Below the pieces are notes generated by a model. The model made no database searches, was not told where the DNA came from, and saw nothing but the letters and a program-made list of their open reading frames with translations. 64,000 nucleotides of DNA from Eledone cirrhosa. Its lineage: Eukaryota. Within the stretch, counting starts at the first letter, position 1, and each line of letters begins with the position of its first letter. Both the position numbers and the translations under genes were made by a program. The DNA lies in NCBI GenBank assembly GCA_964016885.1, contig OZ024743.1, forward strand, positions 187,364,001 through 187,428,000, read 5' to 3'. This document shows positions 1 through 12,653 of this stretch, one piece after another.

Positions 1-398
1 CTCTCCCTTACATATCCTCTTCTTCCAACAGTTTAATTTAAATAAACCGTTATCTTTTCAATTTTTCGGACACTCATTTGCATACTCACTCATAACTTTA
101 TATTACCCTCAATAAAATATTATCTCCACTATCCAGGAAGCTCCAACCGTTAAGGTTGTCTTTTTTCCGTGTATGTCAATATTTATTTATAAAACAAATC
201 TGTATTTTATCTGATGAAAGCGCACCATAATTTGCCTCGGTTGCCCTTGAAATATATATAATAAAATAAATATGGTTTTATAAATATAGTTTCCATTTAT
301 TAATATATTGTGAATTTAATCCACTAACCAGTTGAGTGCTTTATATCAGTTATAAAAATGTTTAAGCTTGTTGAATCCCAACAAATTAAATATAACCT

Positions 399-402
<4 letters not shown>
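1..402 (+). mobile_element. Penelope-like element terminal repeat (pLTR) fragment, truncated by window start
   Basis: Near-identical to 30989-31282 (+) and to the reverse complement of 27840-28245, which flank a GIY-YIG remnant; contains an HHR motif; ends at (CA)n(TA)n. Confidence 0.8.
203..268 (+). ncRNA. Minimal type I hammerhead ribozyme motif
   Basis: TATTTTAT-CTGATGA-aagcgcacc...ggttgccctt-GAAA-TATATA-TA-ATAAAATA: perfect 8-bp stem I, intact core boxes, imperfect stem II, palindromic stem III. Confidence 0.75.
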
Positions 403-467
<65 letters not shown>

Positions 468-468
468 C
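403..468. repeat. (CA)n(TA)n compound microsatellite
   Basis: Direct reading. Confidence 0.95.
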
Positions 469-524
469 AGTATATACATTTAAATTGAAGAAGCCAAGGT
501 TTTTAAATGAAATCCATCTTTAAT

Positions 525-638
525 CTCTACAAATGTTTCTATACAGATGAGAGACACGTATATACATGCAAACAATGAACCAATCTGTTACAATTAATAA
601 TCATTCACATATATCTTTAAATGCATATCTTCAGCAGT
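525..638 (-). ncRNA. Degenerate hammerhead-like motif
   Basis: Minus strand CTGAAGA-tatgca...tgtata-GAAA-catttg-TA; stem II and III plausible, stem I poor. Confidence 0.35.
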
Positions 639-797
639 GTGAAAGAAAGAGTTAATTCATCACAACAAGCAGCAAATAATGAAAGAATGCAGAAAACCGA
701 TGTAAGCAAATAAATGGCAAATAGACCGAAATAATATTTTGGGACATATGAAGCATGTAGCCATATAGATCTTTTGTGTGAGCTTTAGATATATAAT

Positions 798-985
798 TGT
801 TTCTACTATTGGAACAAGGCCAGCAATTACCCAGTACATTACTAGTACTTTATTTTATCGACCACGTAAGGATGAAAGGCAAAGTTAACCTCGGCGGGAT
901 TTGAACTCAGAATGGCAGGGCCGTAACTCTATGCGCCAAAGCATGGCATCCGACCCTCTACCGATACTGCCAATTCCCCCATTAT
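798..985 (-). mobile_element. tRNA-derived SINE, family A, with 17-bp TSD
   Basis: A box TGGCAGTATCGG, B box GAGTTCAAATCC, central TTTGCCTTTCATCCTTAC core; AGCTTTAGATATATAAT repeated at 781-797 and 986-1002. Confidence 0.9.
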
Positions 986-1129
986 AGCTTTAGATATATA
1001 ATGGTATAGGAGCAGTATCATTCTGTAAAACAGAGAGAAACGAATATTAGACTATCGAAAATCAAAGAAGGCGCTCTAGAATGTAAAGTTAATAAGCTCA
1101 GCATGAAGACATATGCAAAATGTAGGCTC

Positions 1130-1305
1130 ATTAGATTGGCAGTGTCGCTTGAGCGTCAAACACCATGCTTTGCAGCCTAGAGTTGTGGCCCTTCATGCCG
1201 AGATTAACTTTGCCTTTCATCCTTACGGGGTTGATAAAATAAAGTACCAGTAATGCACTAGGGTAATTGCTGGCCTTATGTCAAAAGTAGAAAAAATTAT
1301 TATTG
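1130..1305 (+). mobile_element. SINE family A copy
   Basis: Same TTTGCCTTTCATCCTTACGGGGTTGATAAAATAAAGTACCAG core and ATT tail. Confidence 0.85.
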
Positions 1306-1964
1306 CTTAATCATGTTACTCACTTGGGCATAAACAAAAGTCTGAAGCAAAAATCAATCTCCCCATGATAGAGCCAGCATTTGTTATTATACCAGCATGG
1401 GAAGAAAAAATTTGGTGATTTGATTTAGAAACCTTCGTTTCTTCAGTTTAGATATGTATGCTCTACTGCCCTCACCATCTTTAACAGCAAGTATCCTAAC
1501 CTTTGGAATACACTTTCGATTGCATTTGAATTCCTAATTATTGTCAACCTCAAGTGTGCATTGAGCTTTTCACACCTTACCAAAATTAATAGTGGACTCC
1601 TCCACTATAATTACTCAAATGCACACACACACACATGTAATAAAAGACTAATACATTTTGGTACAATGCAGTAGAAAAATACAAAGGGCAAATGATGACA
1701 AATAAAACAAAACAAAGTAATAAAGGAAACTTAAGAATCAAAGAGGCCATTATCATCAACCAGAAAAAACACAGATAAATAATAGGTTGTAAATGCATGA
1801 AGCAGACTGGTTGGTCTAACAATTTCGCACATGCGTATTTCAGACATGTAAACCAGTTAAGGAAGAACATATTGATCGTTCATTTTGTTTTGCTCTGTTT
1901 CAGCTCCACATTTGAAAAGAGGGCAATAGCCCTGAGATATCAAGGTTGGCTCCTTGAATTGCAG

Positions 1965-2088
1965 GTGCACCTCATTTTTGCCAGTTGAATGAACTAGAGC
2001 ATATTGATATAATGGCTAGCCCATTCAGGGTATCGAACCCATCAACTTATAATCATGAGCTAAACATCCTAACCCCTTAGCCACATGC
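1965..2088 (-). mobile_element. tRNA-derived SINE, family B, degenerate
   Basis: Minus strand GTGGCTAAGGGGTTAG ... GGGTTCGATACC; similar to 31469 and 45648 copies. Confidence 0.55.
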
Positions 2089-2092
2089 CATC

Positions 2093-2894
<802 letters not shown>

Positions 2895-3208
2895 CATAGT
2901 ACATTATGCACAGATGTTTAGTATAAAGGTCGCATTTCATAAGACATCAGTTGTACCAGAAAAAGCTTAATTGGTGAAAAAGAGTCAGAACGGATCTATT
3001 GAAAAAGTCCTCGCCAATGGTTAGCAAAAATAAACCCAGGTGTTACTGGTTTATTTTTTTCACCAAAGAAGTAGGGCACAAACTACAATCTATGTTTCCG
3101 CTCCAACTCACAATCATATTTGATTTTTTTTTATTTATACGTGTTACTATGCTTTTGAAGTTTAATTTTTCCAATCCCATGCAACGCTGGGCTCCACTGC
3201 TAGTAATA

Positions 3209-3322
<114 letters not shown>

Positions 3323-4252
3323 CTATGTTTAAGAGTAATCTCAACACACATTAGCTTTATTATTTCTTATTCTCAGAGTCTTTGTATTTGCTGACTTACA
3401 ATCATTTGTAATCTAAGAATATGATCTGAAACTTTTTGATCTAACAATACTTCAGATTACAAAAACAAAATATACTCGAAAGATTATTATCCTTGTTTCA
3501 GGCAGGAAAATTACAGATTATTTGGCTCGAAAGTTCATGTGCTGATTGACACAAAAATTTTCTTTATCTATATAATTTTGAGCTTCGAAAATATTTTTTG
3601 TTTTTAATCTTCATCATCTTCCAGTGATTCTTGCAAATAACATTTTAAACTAATTCTAAGAGAACTCATGTCAGTGTATATGTGTGTGTGTTTATATGTG
3701 TGTATATGTGTGTGTGTTTATATGTGTGTATATGTATGTGTGTTTATTTTCAAGTATTTCATTAGGTATAAAGAGAAAGGGAAGGTTTAAACTTAATGTA
3801 CCAAAAGAAAAAGAAAAGTATTCTAATGCAATCAGAGCAATAATTGGATGTTTTATTTTCCAAAAAAGCCACATTGTGAAAGACAATAAGTATTAAGTTT
3901 CAATAGTGAAGGGTAAAAATTATTAGATTGTTTCTGGAATTCCAAATTTAATAAAGAAAGATAAAAAGAATTTAAAAAAATCTAAGAAAAACAATCCCTT
4001 GGAGAAAATTTTATCAAGACTTGAAAATATGTTTTCCAAAAATGACTTACTTTTATTGTTTCTTTTTTTCATATATATTTATTTGATTTTTTAATTTAAT
4101 TTTTATTTCAATTTTTTGCCTTTTCTTCTCAATTTCGGTGTCTGAAAGATTCATTCTACTTATTTTCAAATATAGAGATTATGGATAGCAACTGCAATAT
4201 GAAAATCATTTTTTGTAATAGATAGATGCAGCCATATATATATATATATATA

Positions 4253-4287
<35 letters not shown>

Positions 4288-4842
4288 TATATATATATAC
4301 AAATATTATATATATATAATATTTAAATGGAAACGAAAGGCTTCAGAAACATGAGATGTTAACATCACAAGCACATTTAACATATAAATAACCTAGAGCA
4401 TAAATTGCAGAGATAATTAACTCACTTTTTGGCTCTATACAAATTCATCTGAAGCAAATTATAGACTAACACTGTTGAAATGTATATGTATAATAAAGCA
4501 GAATATTTCTGTTTGAATAATCTACATTATTTTTTTATCCTCCCTGTTTCTTTTCTTTTCTTTTGAAGAATATAGATTCTTCACAACAGGATTCAAATGG
4601 AGAATAAGGAGAGAGCAATTTTCAAAATTGAGAAAATTTCTTTTTTTTTATTCTGAAAGTTGAAATCAATACAAATTATTTTCTTTAAATTAGACATTTT
4701 TTTTTCAGGTTATTCTGCACTCTCTCTAAGAACATACTTTTGCTATGCTTAAAAAGACACATACATATTAAAATGTTAATATACACACCTCACTGTCACA
4801 TTCACCCAAACCCACACAAACAGACACACACACATATATATA

Positions 4843-4896
<54 letters not shown>

Positions 4897-5197
4897 TATG
4901 TGTGTATGTGAGAGTTAATGCATAAAGACAATGGAATAGGGAAGGGAGTTGACAGAGAAAGGGTGTACACTTGTGTGTGTAAAAAATGTAACAAACAGAA
5001 AGAAAAATATATTAAATATTAGCAAGATTTTATTATATTTGTATATAATTTTCTATATTTTTCTATATGTATCAGATTAATATTGTATCAGCACATCCTG
5101 TCTATTTCTGGTACATGTTTATATATAAAATATTGAATCTCAAAAAGGTATGTTCAGGAAACTTTCACCAATTGGTTTCATAAAGTTTTCAATCTGA

Positions 5198-6378
5198 ATC
5201 ATCATCATCATCACCGTTTTATGTCCGTTCTTCCACGCTAGCATGGGTTAGACGGGTTGTCCTGTTGTGGGCAGTGTCTGGTCGGCTGACCATGCCTTGC
5301 TCATACAGGAACTGATTTGGCTTGATTTCTACAGCTGGATGCCCTTCCTAACACCAATCTCATTTACAGTGAGTGGTGAGTGCTTTTTCGTGGCGCCTAC
5401 ACGTCCACTTTACAGTGTGGGCTGGGTGCTTTTTTGCCGTGGCACCTCCACGATCACCTTAGAGTGGGGGGTATGGGGGCATATTGTCTATATGCTTCAG
5501 CTTGTACCCATGGGAGCTTGGGTACTCTGTATTACTGCGTGACGCCAGAGGTCACGGTCATGTGTCATCGCCTTGGAGAGGTGTAATTGGGTAAGGTCGG
5601 CTTTTATCACCGCATCCCAGGTCTTCTTGGGTCTCCCCACTCCGCGGTTTCCATCGACTTCTAGTGCTCTGCACCTTTTTATGCAGCTGTCATCCTTCAT
5701 ACGCATCACATGTCCATACCAACGCAACCGCCTCTCCTGCACACAGCATTTGATTCCTCTTATGCTCAGTCTCTCTCTCAATTCATTTATGCTTTGTCGT
5801 TTGCGTATATTACTATTACACATCCATCGGAGCATGCAGGCTTCGTTTCTCTCTAATCTACGTAAGTCTTCCACCTTCAGCGCCCAGGTCTCACTGCCAT
5901 GTAACATTGCTGTTCGGATACACGCATCATACAGTCTGCCTTTCATTTTGAGGGAGAAGCCTTTTGCAGCTAGCAGTGGCAGTAGTTCCCTAAACTTCTT
6001 CCATCCCGTTCTTACCCTAGTTATTGTACTTTCTGAACACCCACCTCCGCTGCTAATTCGGTCACCTAGGTAGCAGAAACTGTCTACTGTCTCTACAGAG
6101 CCCTCCCAGAGATTGGTGGTACTTGTTTCCTGTGGCTGTTTGCTGCTTGCTGTCTCAGCACAGCTGCTGCATGTGAAGCCTACATTCTTAATTAAGCTTC
6201 CTGAAATCCCGCTACATCTCTTGTGTACCCATTGTTTCCATTTGGGGCAGAGAATGGAGTTCCTACCTACACCTTTCCTACATACTGAGCCAGGCCATTT
6301 CCCTGAGGGAATCTGGGTTCTGTTTTCTCATCTACTTACAAGGACCTTAGTCTTTGTCATGTTGACTTTGAGACCCTT
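5198..6378 (-). mobile_element. 5'-truncated RTE-clade LINE (RT C-terminus, PHD-like finger, 3' UTR, GAT tail)
   Basis: ORF 5497-5946 (MLHGSETW, RLRWYGHVMR, GRPKKTW) collinear with 36.2-37.1 kb copy; (CAT)n at 5198-5213. Confidence 0.92.
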
Positions 6379-6645
6379 TCCTTTCTTTTCTTGTTTTTGG
6401 CAACTTTCTTCCACAACACCCAGGTTGTTTAAACACCATTTTCGTTGTCTCTAGATCGTCTGTGTATTTTAAAGAAAGTCTTGAAGAAAGTTTTGAAATA
6501 TTTGTTCTAATAATTAATGATTCCTAACTAAGATCCAAGGGCACATGTTTTTGAAGAAGGGGTATATTTGTTTTTATAGAACTCAGTGCTATACTGGTAC
6601 ACACACTTACACAGACACGTTTAAACACACACACATATATATATA

Positions 6646-7146
6646 TCATCATCATCATCATCATCATCATCATCTTCGTTTAACGTCCATTTTCCACGCT
6701 AGCATGGGTTAGACGGCGGGAGTTGTCCCACTTGAGGCAAGGCTGGTCTGGTGACCGTGTCTCGCTCATATAGGACTATCTGGCAGGTTTTCTACGGCTG
6801 GATGCCCTTCCTAACACCAACCACATTTACAGTGTGGAACTGGGAACTTTTTACCATGTTACCTACACGGCCACATTACAGCATGGACTGTGTGTGTTTT
6901 TTTTGTTGTGACACCTACACAAACTCGATCTCATTTTCACGTGCTGTTGGTGGGAGTGGCAGGATAGGGTAGGGGTAGTGGATTGGGGTGTATATTTGGT
7001 TAAGAGGTGCCTACTGACTGTAGGTTTCACTTTGTACATAGGCAAGGCTGGTCTTCTGTATTACTGCGTAGCGCCAAAGATCTCGGTCAAGAGACATTGT
7101 CTTAGAGAGATGTAAGTGTGTGAGGTCGGAATTTATCAGATCATCA
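6646..7146 (-). mobile_element. RTE LINE 3' end
   Basis: Reverse complement of 37020-37512 with (CAT)n tail. Confidence 0.9.
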
Positions 7147-7559
7147 TGATATATAATATATATATATATATATATTATATATCATTCAATCAATATTTAT
7201 TATTTCAAATGAAATAATAGAACACAGAGAAATATGTGCATAATCATAAACCAACTTAAAATAATGTCATAATGTCAAGTGGGAGATAAAATAAGAGCTG
7301 CCCAAATGTTTCTATCATTGGCTTTTTCCCAAATTGCAGTGACTTTTGTACTCAGTTCTTTTGAGATGATTCTTTGGAACACTCAGCATGGAAGTTACTA
7401 ATTGGATGCTGGATTTGACGACCAATCCATGACTATCACTGGTTTCATACCTGAGTATAGAGATGAGATTGCTCTGTGCATGTGAAAATTTCTGCATTTG
7501 TTATGCTATCGTGGTATGTTACACCACAGGTAATGCACAGACAATTTGTGTGAAATGAG

Positions 7560-7944
7560 TTCACTACTTGTTTTTGTTTTGCGTATGCACAATCTGTGTC
7601 TCACAGCCATAAAGAAACATTGGCAGACATAGTGTAGTATACATCCATAACTTCAGATGAATACTGATGCTTGCTTTCTAAATCTGTTGTAGGTCATTCA
7701 TTGCCTTATAGGCTAATGCTCTTCTGTGAAGTATGTCTTCCTCACCAGTGTGATTACAGCTGATGACCTTTGAGCCTAAGTAGATAAAGCTAACGGTTCT
7801 TCTGAGTTTAACATTGTTTGCAAATATACCATTATCATAATCAATGTTTAAACACATGTACTCAGTTTTTACCACATTTAATTCCAGGCCAACAGTGAGT
7901 GCTTTGTATATTATGTGATTTAAATGATCAACTGCAAAGACCAA
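7560..7944 (-). mobile_element. Degenerate RTE/BovB-like RT fragment (different family)
   Basis: GLELNVVKTEYM...SFIYLGSKV...HRRALAYKAM in ORF 7678-7944. Confidence 0.65.
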
Positions 7945-8709
7945 CCCTCAACCCAATGTGGTGCAGTTGGTGGAAATGCTGGGTCACCTTCCCTGTAGGC
8001 CAACAAGGGCTCTGGTGATTATGGAAAACACATATATATATATATTTGTCAGAATAAAAATAACATCTCAAACAAAAGAGATCGCTATAATAATCTCATT
8101 CAGAGAAGCAAATACATATCAAACATCTTATACAAAATCACTGAGGGGTAGATTACTGTAGAAGCATTTTTCCTTAGGGATAAAAAATTATACTGCAGTT
8201 TCAAAACCCCAAAAATAGATAGCCCTTCATGATCAACTTCATCCTAAATTCTTCTGGTTAGCTTAGAGAGTAATCAACATTTTTCTTGCTCATAGTAGAA
8301 TCCACTGGTTGTAGAATTCCATTAGGATATCTTTAAGCATTCCTGAAATACAGAGGTTTAAATTTGACTCTAAAATTTGGACAATTTTACTGGTACACCC
8401 AGTATATTAAAAAACATGAGAAAGTTTCATTTTCATTGTTAGATTTTTATTGTGTATCAAACTGTTATGCGCGTTTCGCAGATTATTGGCTCAAGGTTAC
8501 CCATAGAAATTATGGTCCTGACTCCATTACTGATCTGCTCTTCAAACTGGCAATGTAACAATCCTCTGGGAAATGCGCATAACAGGTTGATACACAATAA
8601 ATATATTATACATGTAAATGAAACTTCCTCATTTTTTCCATTATATAGACTCTGCCTGTGCATAGAGTGCTTGTTTTGGTACCACCACCAGTAATTCACT
8701 GAATCACCT

Positions 8710-8865
8710 ACAGATAGATCTGATCTGAGTTCAGAACTAGCTGTTGAAATGGCTGGTGCTCAGCCATCGGGGTCCCAAATTTTCCATATTACCCACTCTA
8801 CTATGCTAAGTAACGAGTACGCTGGTGAGTAATTGTCTACCTGGTTTTGCAGCCTCCATTCTGAT
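8710..8865 (+). repeat. Unclassified dispersed repeat (second copy inverted at 19510-19676)
   Basis: Shared TATTACCCACTCYACTA..CTAAGTA.CGAGTAC.CTGGTG block and upstream AGATCTGA; both adjacent to TA/CA tracts. Confidence 0.6.
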
Positions 8866-9267
8866 ATATATATATATATAAATATAAATAATAGAAATAA
8901 TAATACACGGGCAGAAATCTTAAACAATACCTTACTTTTACTATTATTAATAACCTCTGCCATTTTCATTTGATAATTTTATTTACATAATCATTCGATT
9001 ATTCTAAAAAGAATGTTAGTCTAATGATTTCTTTTATAGCATAAATGTGTTCTTCTCGTTCCACATAACGATGTAATTATCCTTGCTTTTTTTTCGCCCA
9101 TTGCCAGGGAACGTCTTCACAAACCAACATATTGTCTACCTCTTTTCCTTCAGTTGTAACATTTTTCGAAATATTTACTTCTGCATCCACAGATTGATAT
9201 TTTTCAGTTTCAGAAGATCCTTTTAACGGTGAAAGCAGTGATTCTTTGCTTAAACTTTAATCTGTTC

Positions 9268-9297
<30 letters not shown>

Positions 9298-9305
<8 letters not shown>

Positions 9306-9838
9306 CGGTAGCCACGGAGTAGGCAGACCCAGAAAAACCTGGGACGACTTGATAAATTCCGACCTCACACACTTACATCTCTCCAAGACAATGTCACTGG
9401 ACCGAGATCTTTGGTGTTATGCAGTAATACAAAATACCCGCCTTACCTAAGTACAAAGTGCAACCTACCACAGTCAGTAGGCACCTCTAACAAAAATACA
9501 CCCCCGTCCCACTACGCCCACCCCATCCACACCACCCCTTTCAATGTAAAGTTATGTTGGTACCACAACATCCAGTCCGAAACAAATGAGGTCATGTAGG
9601 TGTCACAACAAAAAAACACAGTCCACGCTGTAATGTGGTCGTGTAGGTAACACGGTAAAAACCTCCCAGTCCCACACTGTAAACGTGGTTGGTGTTAGGA
9701 AGGGCATCCAGCCGTAGAAAACCCGCCAGACAGTCCTATGCGAGCAAGACAACCACTCTTGCCTCAAGTGGGAAAACTCCCGTCCAAACCCATGCAAGCG
9801 TGGAAGATGGACGTTAAATGATGATGATGATGATGATA
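9298..9838 (+). mobile_element. RTE LINE 3' end
   Basis: Collinear with 36970-37512; (GAT)n tail. Confidence 0.92.
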
Positions 9839-9939
9839 TATATATATATGTATGTAAAAGGTAAACAGAAATAAAAACACAATCAGTACAGTATATGGAA
9901 GGGATATATTAGGTTAATGCTTGATATAGCAGGAAGAGG

Positions 9940-9978
9940 GTCTCAATGTTTCAGACGCTAGTCCTTCATCAGAAGAAA
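9940..9978 (-). ncRNA. Minimal hammerhead-like motif in a Penelope-type 3' end
   Basis: Minus strand tctt-CTGATGA-aggac-tagc-gtct-GAAA-ca-TT-gaga after a pyrimidine-rich tract, with (TA)n downstream. Confidence 0.55.
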
Positions 9979-10116
9979 GAATGAGAAATAAGATAGATTG
10001 ATGGGAAGGGTGGGTTGGAATTGGAAAAATGTCTTTAGATAAAAATAACAGATCCATTCATGTTGACATCTCTTGCAAAACTGTTGGTGCTGGGGCACTG
10101 TGGAATAATAAAAATT

Positions 10117-10198
10117 GTCGTTTTGGAAGCCTCAACTATGCAGATGGGTAAATCTCCGGAGATTTACCCATCTGCATTGTTGAGGCTTCCAAAACGAC
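10117..10198. repeat. 82-bp spacerless palindrome (one mismatched pair)
   Basis: GTCGTTTTGGAAGCCTCAAC...AAATCTCC|GGAGATTT...GTTGAGGCTTCCAAAACGAC. Confidence 0.92.
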
Positions 10199-10311
10199 CA
10201 TTTATATATACATATGTATGTATACATGTAATCACAAAGATATGGATATATACATATGTGCACTCAAGGACAGGGACACAGAAATCTGTACACTTAGGTT
10301 GTACAATGAGC

Positions 10312-10355
10312 ATAATGAGAACTATATTCATATATATGAATATAGTTCTCATTAT
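10312..10355. repeat. 44-bp perfect palindrome centred on TATATA
   Basis: ATAATGAGAACTATATTCATATATATGAATATAGTTCTCATTAT equals its own reverse complement. Confidence 0.92.
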
Positions 10356-10714
10356 CGTCATTGTCATTTTAATGATTGCTAGCTATCATTGACTTGGCAG
10401 AACTGATATTAATACCATCAGTATCTTGTGCCATTATCACCATCATGCTTCTTATTATCAACATGTTTGTAATTATTACCTTCATAATTTTAATTCTTTT
10501 CGCATCACATCTCTCATTTCTATACTAACAAGTATTAGTCACCTACACCTAGCACATATGTTGCCATGGTAACTGTATTGAAATATCATGTATGTAACAT
10601 CATATATAGCAACATCTTTCTGTTACTTACAATGTAGGTTATGTAATTATATTTGCTTAAAGTACATTCATTGTGCTTCACAATTTATTTGAATTATTAG
10701 TTTCAGTAGGCAAA

Positions 10715-11092
10715 AATTGTTTCTACTTTTTGGCACAAGCCCAGCAATTTGAAGGGGAAAGTCGATTAAATCAACCCCGTAAGGATGAAAGGCAAAGCTA
10801 ACCTCGACGGGATTTGAACACAGAACGTAAAGGTCCATAACTCTATGCTGCAAAGTATAGTGTCTGATGCTCTACCGATACTGCCAATCCACCACCCTAT
10901 AATAATGTTAATAATTGTTTCTACTTTTTGGCACAAGCCCAGCAATTATCCCAGTGTATTACTGGTACTTTATTATATCGACTCCGTAAGGATGAAAGGA
11001 AAAGTTAACCTCGGCGGGATTTGAACTCAGTCCGTAAAGGAACGTAACTTGTGCTGCAAAGCATGGCGTCCGACCCTCTACCGATACTACCG
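10715..11092 (-). mobile_element. Two tandem SINE family A copies
   Basis: Two full cores; ATAATGTTAATAAT flanks the second copy on both sides (TSD-like). Confidence 0.88.
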
Positions 11093-11106
11093 ATAATGTT
11101 AATAAT

Positions 11107-12455
11107 AATAACAATAATGCTTTCTTTATTAGCCACAGAGGGATTATATTCAGAGGACAATAAGGACAGTACAGAGCAGTACATAGTGGGTTTTTTTGTG
11201 TGAGGGAAGCGTTTATAAAAAGATTACAAAATGAATATTTGAAATAAAAACATAACAAATTCCCCAAAAGTGGGTATACCCCAAAGGGTCACTCATTGAA
11301 AAAGCCCACAAAAAGCCATGCTAACCTTGACTACTAGGACAAGTGCCCTCTCTCAGATATTCTCCTTCAATTTACTAGTGCATACTCAGAGCAAAAGCAT
11401 TTACTTTGACCATGCTTGCCTCTCTCATCCACCTTTCCACGAACTGGTTGGAAGCGAACTCTTCCCACTCCACCCTGAGTTTTCTCTTCAGGTGAAACCT
11501 GAAAAAGTTAATCAGGGTTTCAACAAAGAGGAAAGTGCTTGCTTTCAATCATTTCAGGTGCATCCACCACAAGACCTCTTTTGCCATGGCCAATATGCAG
11601 AAAAAAAACTGCCTGTCCTTCCCCTCTAATGGAAGACATTGGGGTGATCTTCACAATGGTCTCAGTTGATAGCTGGATCTGTCCCATATGTGACAGCAGC
11701 TATTTGACATAAAACCACAGGTTAGCAATACTTGAACATTCAATAAGTGCATGCAAGATGGTTTCATCACCATGCACACATCTCTGACAGGCCTGGCTGA
11801 CGGCACTTCCATGCCAGCAGAGTTTATCTTTAACTGGGAAAGATTCTCTGTAACACTGCCAGGCCAGGGATTTATGGAAGTTATCCATGGGTCCAGGGCT
11901 GAAAGTTCTCTGTAAAAGATTGGCTAGTTGATTTTCATCGACACTTAGAGTCTCCCCAAGAACGTCATTTTTATCTACAACCAAAACTCTATAGAAAGCT
12001 AAGTTGGAGTTTCAACCGATCACACTGCCTTATTGGCTGAGGGCTGTGAGCACTTTGAGACATTCCACTTTTCAAGTGCTCCCTCTCAGTCTTCGCTTTA
12101 CCCGAGACTTCAGCTCTGTCAAGAAGATGAGGTGTGGAAAATTCTGTCTAACAAACAGTGACCACATGTGTTCACTTTCTAGGTAGAGCTGAAGAGGATG
12201 TAGCCTGAGCACATGTTTGCACATCATCAACCACTGAATGCCCAGTCCTCCATTTAATAAGAAATAGCAGCAAATGGTCTGCCTGGCATTGGCACAAAAA
12301 GCAACCCTTCCACAATAAGCAAAAGAGCAGGAAAAGGCATTATAGTCAGTTGGTAATAGATGTCGGACATAATGGATGTGTCTGCCACCTCTACCCAACT
12401 TTTCAGAGAGAGCTTCCTCTTGGCTCGGTTCTGGGTGAAAGTGGCCACCCTGCTT
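11107..12455 (-). mobile_element. Tx1/L1-like LINE 3' relic
   Basis: NGGLG motif and CQRC...HALIEC zinc knuckle in ORFs 12072-12398 and 11700-11984; AATAAA plus ATT-rich tail; same family at 52830-53546. Confidence 0.75.
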
Positions 12456-12459
12456 GTAA

Positions 12460-12653
12460 TAATGGTTTCTTATAGAGGCACAAGGCCAGCATTTTGGGGG
12501 GGGGAGGGGAAAATCGATTAAGTTGACCCCAGTGCATGGCTGGTACTTTATTTTATCGACCCCGTAAAAAGTTAACCTCGGTGGGATTTGAACTCAGAAC
12601 GTAAAGGTACATAACCCTATGCTGCGAAGCATGGTGTCTGACGCTTTACCGAT
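12460..12653 (-). mobile_element. SINE family A copy
   Basis: B box and GTCGATAAAATAAAGTACCAG core on minus strand. Confidence 0.8.
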
